A stretch of DNA of 64,000 nucleotides from the human T2T-CHM13v2.0 reference genome, Homo sapiens. This document shows, piece after piece, positions 57,895 to 64,000 of this stretch; the first letter of the stretch is position 1; each line of letters begins with the position of its first letter. Made by a program: the position numbers and the translations under genes. The stretch lies in NCBI RefSeq assembly GCF_009914755.1, contig NC_060929.1, one strand, 5' to 3'. The notes under the pieces were generated by a model. The model was given only the letters and a program-made list of their open reading frames with translations, did not search any database and had not been told where the DNA came from.

Positions 57895-57940
<46 letters not shown>
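57895..57940. repeat. (GT)23 dinucleotide microsatellite
   Basis: Uninterrupted GT run. Confidence 0.97.
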
Positions 57941-57944
<4 letters not shown>

Positions 57945-58249
57945 GAATGCTAAACTCTGTGGAGAAGAGATCCCGCAAGCATCCTAGAAATTTACATACA
58001 TAGAAAATAATATTTTGCTTTAGGAGATTTCAGAATCAGCTGAATGTAGCAAAACATAAGCTACTAAAAAAGCCAAACCTTATAAGACACATAGGTTCAA
58101 TTAATCTGTCACATTTTCAAAAAGGAATAAAATCCCAACAACAGCCAAAAAATGCAGGCTTCCTTTTGAGTTCCAAACCCAGCTTTGGGAGAGCACAAAC
58201 AAAAGTCTCATTGTCTGCAAGGCCCCTCCTGCTTCGAGGGTCCTTAGAC

Positions 58250-58950
58250 TGTCCTCTTTTGATTCTGAGGTGGCGCGGACCCCTTTTGTCACACACAATC
58301 TTCTCCACTGCCCCCGCCCCGCCACCCAGGTCGAGGCTTCACAATCATGCTGAGTTTTGTGGGGAAGCCCTCAAAGACTTTTTCTTATGAAGCGATAAGT
58401 GACACAATCATTCCAGGTCGAGCCCCCGCTTTTGCTGCCCTCAGACCGATGCCGGGGAAAGTTAACAATTCATGGGGCTGCCTAAGGGTTTCCCTGTGAG
58501 GTGTCGAATGGAGAATGCGGACTACAATGGTGGAGAGAGAGGCTGGAACCCGGCTGCCTTTCTTTCCTGGGAACTTCTTTTCTGAGGCAACTGAATGAGA
58601 CCTTTACAAGCCAGGGTGGTGGCCTCCCTTCAGAATGCCTGGCCCGTTTCCCAGTGTGAAACATTCCCCAAATATGCAACTTTGTGAGCATCCCAGCCGC
58701 CTGCGCTGAGAACCCGCCCGCCTGCCGCAGGAAAGCTGGCACCCACGGGTATGCCAGGGGTGGGGGCGCGTCAGGGCCCCTCTGCCAGGCTTGGCCAGAT
58801 GCTGGGGCGGCCCAGCCCCAGGTTACGTCGTCCCCAGAAAGAATCTGGCCAACAGTCTGGCCGTGACAAGAGCTGGAAGCTTCTCTCTCTCCCTTTAAAT
58901 CCCCTCCTTCATTCAAATCCGATCCTATAAAAAGGCTTTTGTTGAAGGAG
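58250..58950 (+). promoter_or_regulatory. MAP1B: Candidate internal (alternative) MAP1B promoter
   Basis: Most CpG-dense non-Alu stretch of the window by eye. GC boxes: CCCCGCCCCGCC (58312-58323), CCCGCCCGCC (58713), GGGTGGGGGCG (58758), GGGGCGG (58804). TATAAAAAG at 58926-58934. A 5' splice site follows downstream. Confidence 0.7.
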
Positions 58951-59154
58951 CAGCCATGGCATCTTGGTGCACGTCTGTGCCATTCCTCTCAATATTTCCA
59001 AAGATGGACAAAAGAGAACATCGTTAGTTGAATTCCTGGGCAAACTGGTCTGAAGATTGACTTGGAAGGAGTGGAGGTAAATGGCAACTGTCACGTGGCA
59101 TTTGTTTTGTTTGCAAGTGATGAAGCCAAAGAGGAAAGGAACTGCCGGTGGATG
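58800..59154 (+). other. MAP1B: Candidate alternative non-coding first exon of MAP1B (start uncertain, about 58800-58960); donor ATG|GTAAGA
   Basis: Near-consensus 5' splice site at 59154/59155 (weaker GAG|GTAAAT at 59076/59077). The MAP1B reading frame is closed by TGA at 59121-59123. Consistent with recalled short MAP1B transcripts starting in intron 2. Confidence 0.55.
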
Positions 59155-60099
59155 GTAAGAAGGCTCCTGCCAGGGGCCACCTCGGCAGCAGGAGAGCTCA
59201 CTGTGTGTTTGGGGAAGAGCGTGCTGTGGAGGCAGGTGGACTGTGCAGGCTGCTGTCGCCTGGACATGGGTGTTGAAGGGTGCAGCTAGCGGGCTCAGGG
59301 CGTTGTGTAGGATCACTTCAGAAAGAAAGAGGCTGGGATTTCATTACCATCACTTGTGGAGGGAGCCACTTTATGTACCTTGCTCAAGTCTACTTGTATG
59401 GATTCCTGCAGAATACAGACGTGATGACAGTCATACCCGGACACTGCACTGGCTGATGCTCTGGGTGCCCACAACAAAATTGTGACCAAAGAAATGACTA
59501 TTCCTTCTCCTTGGTCTTAAGCTTTTGCTTAATTTCATCTCAACCTAGTGCCTTTGAAGCTCTTGAAATCTTTGTTTCAAGAAGACCACTGATGGAAAGA
59601 CCTAGAAAGAGGATAGTTTCATGTGTCTTGCCAATTTTCATTTTATCATTTTCTTATTTAATTTGATTTTCTTTTGCTTTAAATGCACATGGTTGTCAAA
59701 ACCAAAAACAACCAAAAAGCCGAAAAGCAATGTCCAATAAATTACAGTATTTAGCATTCATAATAAATGAACTTTCTTTCCTGTGGTTTATTCTTCTTAA
59801 GCCTCCGTTCTTTGTCTGCTCAAACTGTGGGACTTTGTTCTGTTTTGGAGTTTATTTTTAGGCTTTTGGAGTAAGACATCACATATTTTCTCTTAATTTT
59901 AACTTCTTTTATGTGGGGTATTCTGCCACCGTTGCCTTTTTTTGGCCAATATTCTCTTAATATTTTCTGCCTTCCTGCTTTTGTAAGCTCATCTCTGATT
60001 TTATTTCTTTGGACCTTTCCCTAACTGTCTTTTGGCATTTGGTGTCTGTGCCTTGTCTGTTTTAACAAATTTTAGTTCCAGTAACCAACCCCATAGGGC

Positions 60100-60375
60100 A
60101 GTGAAGCAGAAGGACTCTAGATCCAGGTGACCCGGGTCCAAATCCTGGCTTGACCACTTACTAGTTGTGTGACTTTGGGCAGGTTAATTCTCTTCTGTAG
60201 ACTCATTGCTTTCGACAGTAAAGGGGGATAATCATAGTAGCTATGTCACAGAACTCTTCTGAGGATTAAACGAAGCCATGTATGTGAAGTCTTAGAACGG
60301 TGCCTGACATCATCATTGTTCTGTTTAGGCTTCTGTCTGTGATGTGGGGTTTGTTGGTAAATGTTAGCTGTTACT
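60100..60375 (+). mobile_element. MIR, near full length
   Basis: CCGGGTCCAAATCCTGGCT...CACTTACTAGTTGTGTGACTTTGGGCAGGTTA...GGGGATAATCATAGTA...CTTAGAACGGTGCCTGACA. Confidence 0.85.
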
Positions 60376-60667
60376 GAAAGTAGGATGGTGGGGGAGAATG
60401 GGCTTGGTAACAGTGATGGTGGTTGGTGGTGAGTATTTCAACATGTTGCTGTTTCTGTAGTACTTCTGGTCCTTCCTGATATAAAGGAAAAAGAACCAGT
60501 GTATCCTGAACTGCTTTATGTTTTTTATTTTCTAATTGCTTTATTGAGATCTAGTTTGCATACCATACAATTTACCCATTTATAGTGTACTAGTGAATGT
60601 TTTTTGGTATATTATTAATTTTTAAGTCGCGATAAAATATAACATTTGCCGTTTTAACTATTTTTAA

Positions 60668-61348
<681 letters not shown>

Positions 61349-62911
61349 TAAAAACATTTTCATCACTCCAAACAGAAACTGTACCCACTAAGCAATAACT
61401 CCCCATTCCCCTTCCCTTAGTCCCTGGAACCTTCTAATCTACTCTCTAACTCTATAAAGTTGCCTATTCTAGAGATTTCATGTAATTGGAATCACCATGT
61501 TTATCCTTTTGTGTCTGGCTTATTTCATTTAGCATAATGTTTCCTAGGTTCATCCATGTTTTGGCATTATCAGAACTTCATTCATTTTTATGTTTGAATA
61601 ATCTTCCATTGTATTGATATACCACATTTTACCCAATCATCAATAGATGGACATGTGGGTTGTCTTACCATTTGGCCATTGTGAATAATGCTACAATTAA
61701 CATTGGCATACAAGCATCTGTTCGGGTTCCTGCTTTCAAATCCACCTGGAAGTGGGCTTGCTGGGTCATACAGTAATTCTATTTTAGCTTTTTGAAGAAC
61801 TGGCCAACTATTTTTCTAGAAAACAGTTGCTTTTGGTCATTCTCTCCTCTTGTATTTCTCTCCTCTGGTGTCTGCCTCTCTCAGATTCTTTTCCATTTCC
61901 TCCTGCTGCCTGAGAGTCATTGTACTTCCAAGCAGCAGACATGTTTGTGTCTACCCTCCCAACCATGCGTCTCCCTCCCACATTTCGGAGAGAACACCCA
62001 CTTCCCTGTCCTTAGCAGCTGCCCAAGCATGTATCACCAACTGGGCCACACATCTGCCTGATCATTTCATCCCATTGTCCAGGGAGGGGGAGTCTTCATA
62101 GAAGGTCATGCACAGGTCTCCATCCACTTTGGCTGGAGGGCTGGTTCAGCCACCGAATGACCCTAGGACCTGTGAGCAGGGGGAGTCAGCGTTGTGGAGC
62201 CACAGCCCCGCAGGGTTTCAGCCCTCCTTAGACAGGCGGTCATCACACCAACGCCTTGCTTTGTTGTTCTCTGTCCACTGTGCATGTTTTTAGGAGGCAG
62301 TTTGGCCACCCTGTTTCATGGGAGGGTTGTTCTCCACTTTTCATTTGCTTACGGTGTCTCCAGTTTCCTATGAGCAAGTGAATTAATTAATGAATACTCC
62401 AACAGACTGTAAGCCTGCCTCAGACAGCCATTCTGGTTGTTGGGCTAATTGTTAGCTGGGGTTTCTGGATGTCATTCATTTCACAATAAGGCTCCTAATT
62501 AATCTCAGTGCAGTTCTCACCAGAAGAAAGGCTGATACGGAGAAACATCCCCAATTACCATGAGAAAGGAAATGTCAAGAGCCCCGTTGAGTTTTCCTGG
62601 CACCCACCCTTGTCTCAGATGAAAACCGCCATTACCGCAAGGAGGCTGCCTAGACCGACCCTGAAAACTGGAGAGTGTGAGAGCGGGAGGAGCCCCCGAC
62701 CACACAAACCCAGCCTGGGGAGGAACCTACTAGTGGCTGCACCCTCTTTTTTAATAGCACCAATTGTGTTTCCCAAGATGATGTAGAGAATTTCAGTGCT
62801 GTGTACCACGTCGGAGGCAGAAATTCCTCTGCTGTCCCAGGAGCAGGCAGGGCAGTTTTTATCTGGAAAAGCTAAAGGTCTCCTCTTTTGTTTGTGTTTT
62901 TGTGCCTGCAG

Positions 62912-62994
62912 GACAAAAGATCCTTCATCACCGAAGTGACGTTTTAGAAACAGTGGTCCTGATCAACCCTTCTGATGAAGCAGTCAGCACCGAG
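62912..62994 (+). CDS. MAP1B: MAP1B internal coding exon (exon 3), 83 nt, phase 1 to phase 0: (G)QKILHHRSDVLETVVLINPSDEAVSTE
   Basis: Acceptor TTTGTGTTTTTGTGCCTGCAG|GA, possible branch point in GCTAAAG (62871-62877), donor GAG|GTAAGC. The translation is identical to the remembered MAP1B N-terminal segment ...SPEVPGQKILHHRSDVLETVVLINPSDEAVSTEVRLM... Confidence 0.97.
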
Positions 62995-64000
62995 GTAAGC
63001 ATTCAGCTCTGTAGAATCTGGGGCCGGGCCCCACACACTGGATAGGGACCCAGTGGATTAGAAGGGCTGGGCAAATGGGGGCAGGAGAGGGACACAACAG
63101 AGAGAAGTTCTGGGTTAAGAGGTCTTTCTCAACCCCCATTAAGTGGCTGGTTCCCTGCATCGGTACCATCCAGACCACTCCTCCTGATAAGGACAAAGAA
63201 GAAGATAGTAGCTGGAACTGTAAGATTTTGTCCAGGCAAGGGAGTATGAATTTGGGGTATTTATGCTGGGGGTGGTGGGGAGTGCTGCTGGGATGGAGTC
63301 TGATAGGGATGTATTAGGGAAAAGAGACGCAAGCCCTCAGGCCGCGACATACAGGGCAAACCTGGAGAAGAATGGCATCTCAAGAATGGCATCTCAATGC
63401 AAGCCCCATTCAGAGCTCTCCTGCACACTCCTATCGCTGTGGAAAGGCAGGCTAGCATAGTGGTCAGGAGCATGGGCTGGCACCAGGTCACCTGGGTTCA
63501 TAATCCCACATCTGCCTCTTACTAGGTGGGAGCCTCAAGCAAGTTATTTACTGTCTTTGTCTCCGTTTGCACCTCTGTAAAATGGGGGTCATAATAGTTT
63601 CTACATTTAATGTTCATATTTAATGTTGTGCTTAGAAGTGCCAAGTGCTTAGAACAGAGCATGGCACATAATGACTGAAATGTAAATATTAGCTGTGATT
63701 GTTATTATTACCACCATATGAAACTGTTGCTATGGAGAGTCACTGGGTATTTTGGAGCCCAGTGTGACATAAGAACTTGGTTGAAGCCAAGAGTCCCTGG
63801 TCACCCAGGCCAGAGGAGTTGCTATCACTCCACTTTCCACTTCCTTTATTATAGTTGAGCGCTTTTGAGATAGAGTTGCTTCTCGGACATGAAAGCAGCC
63901 AAAGTCCCTGGGAACCTTCATTGTTTGCAGCGTCCCTTCTACCCACACTTTGAGCATCTCTGTGACTGTATCCTGTTTTTGTAAATGGAGATATAATTCA
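62995..64000 (+). other. MAP1B: MAP1B intron 3 (partial)
   Basis: Begins GTAAGC; the next coding exon (VRLMITD...) is not seen before the window ends. Confidence 0.9.
63450..63715 (+). mobile_element. MIR, near full length
   Basis: TAGCATAGTGGTCAGGAGCATGGGCT...CCTGGGTTCA...GCAAGTTATTTA...CTGTAAAATGGGG...GTGCTTAGAACAGAGCATGGCACATA. Confidence 0.85.

Noticed and set aside
62984-63004. RE1/REST-like sequence GTCAGCACCGAGGTAAGCATT over the exon 3 donor (also half sites at 2232 and 9843-9863)
   Set aside because: Only one half-site matches well in each case. At exon 3 the GGACAG core reads GGTAAG and is explained by coding and splice constraints.

Overview
Primate, most likely human, genomic DNA lying almost entirely inside one long intron of MAP1B (microtubule-associated protein 1B), + strand. 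The only protein-coding sequence I can support is an 83-nt internal exon at 62912-62994. It encodes (G)QKILHHRSDVLETVVLINPSDEAVSTE, which I recognise as MAP1B exon 3; the ORF track misses it. Bases 1-62911 are therefore intron 2 (exon 2 is outside the window) and 62995-64000 are intron 3. The intron contains the MIR4803 hairpin (48635-48708) and a CpG/GC-box/TATA island with a good 5' splice site (about 58250-59160), which looks like an internal promoter and alternative first exon for an N-terminally truncated MAP1B. It also contains about 20 Alus (three Alu-in-Alu nests), L1, L2 and MIR fragments, two MaLR solo LTRs, DNA-transposon relics and microsatellites. All listed ORFs appear spurious or repeat-derived. 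I see no wholly new biological system. The most unusual observations are: chained, mutually exclusive fold-backs around pre-miR-4803; a uORF-laden alternative first exon, with one uORF starting MATV one base out of frame with exon 3; a candidate poison exon with downstream RBFOX motifs; a tailless, circularly permuted Alu monomer inside an LTR; and a three-arm mosaic Alu. Repeat subfamily calls and edges are by eye and approximate.
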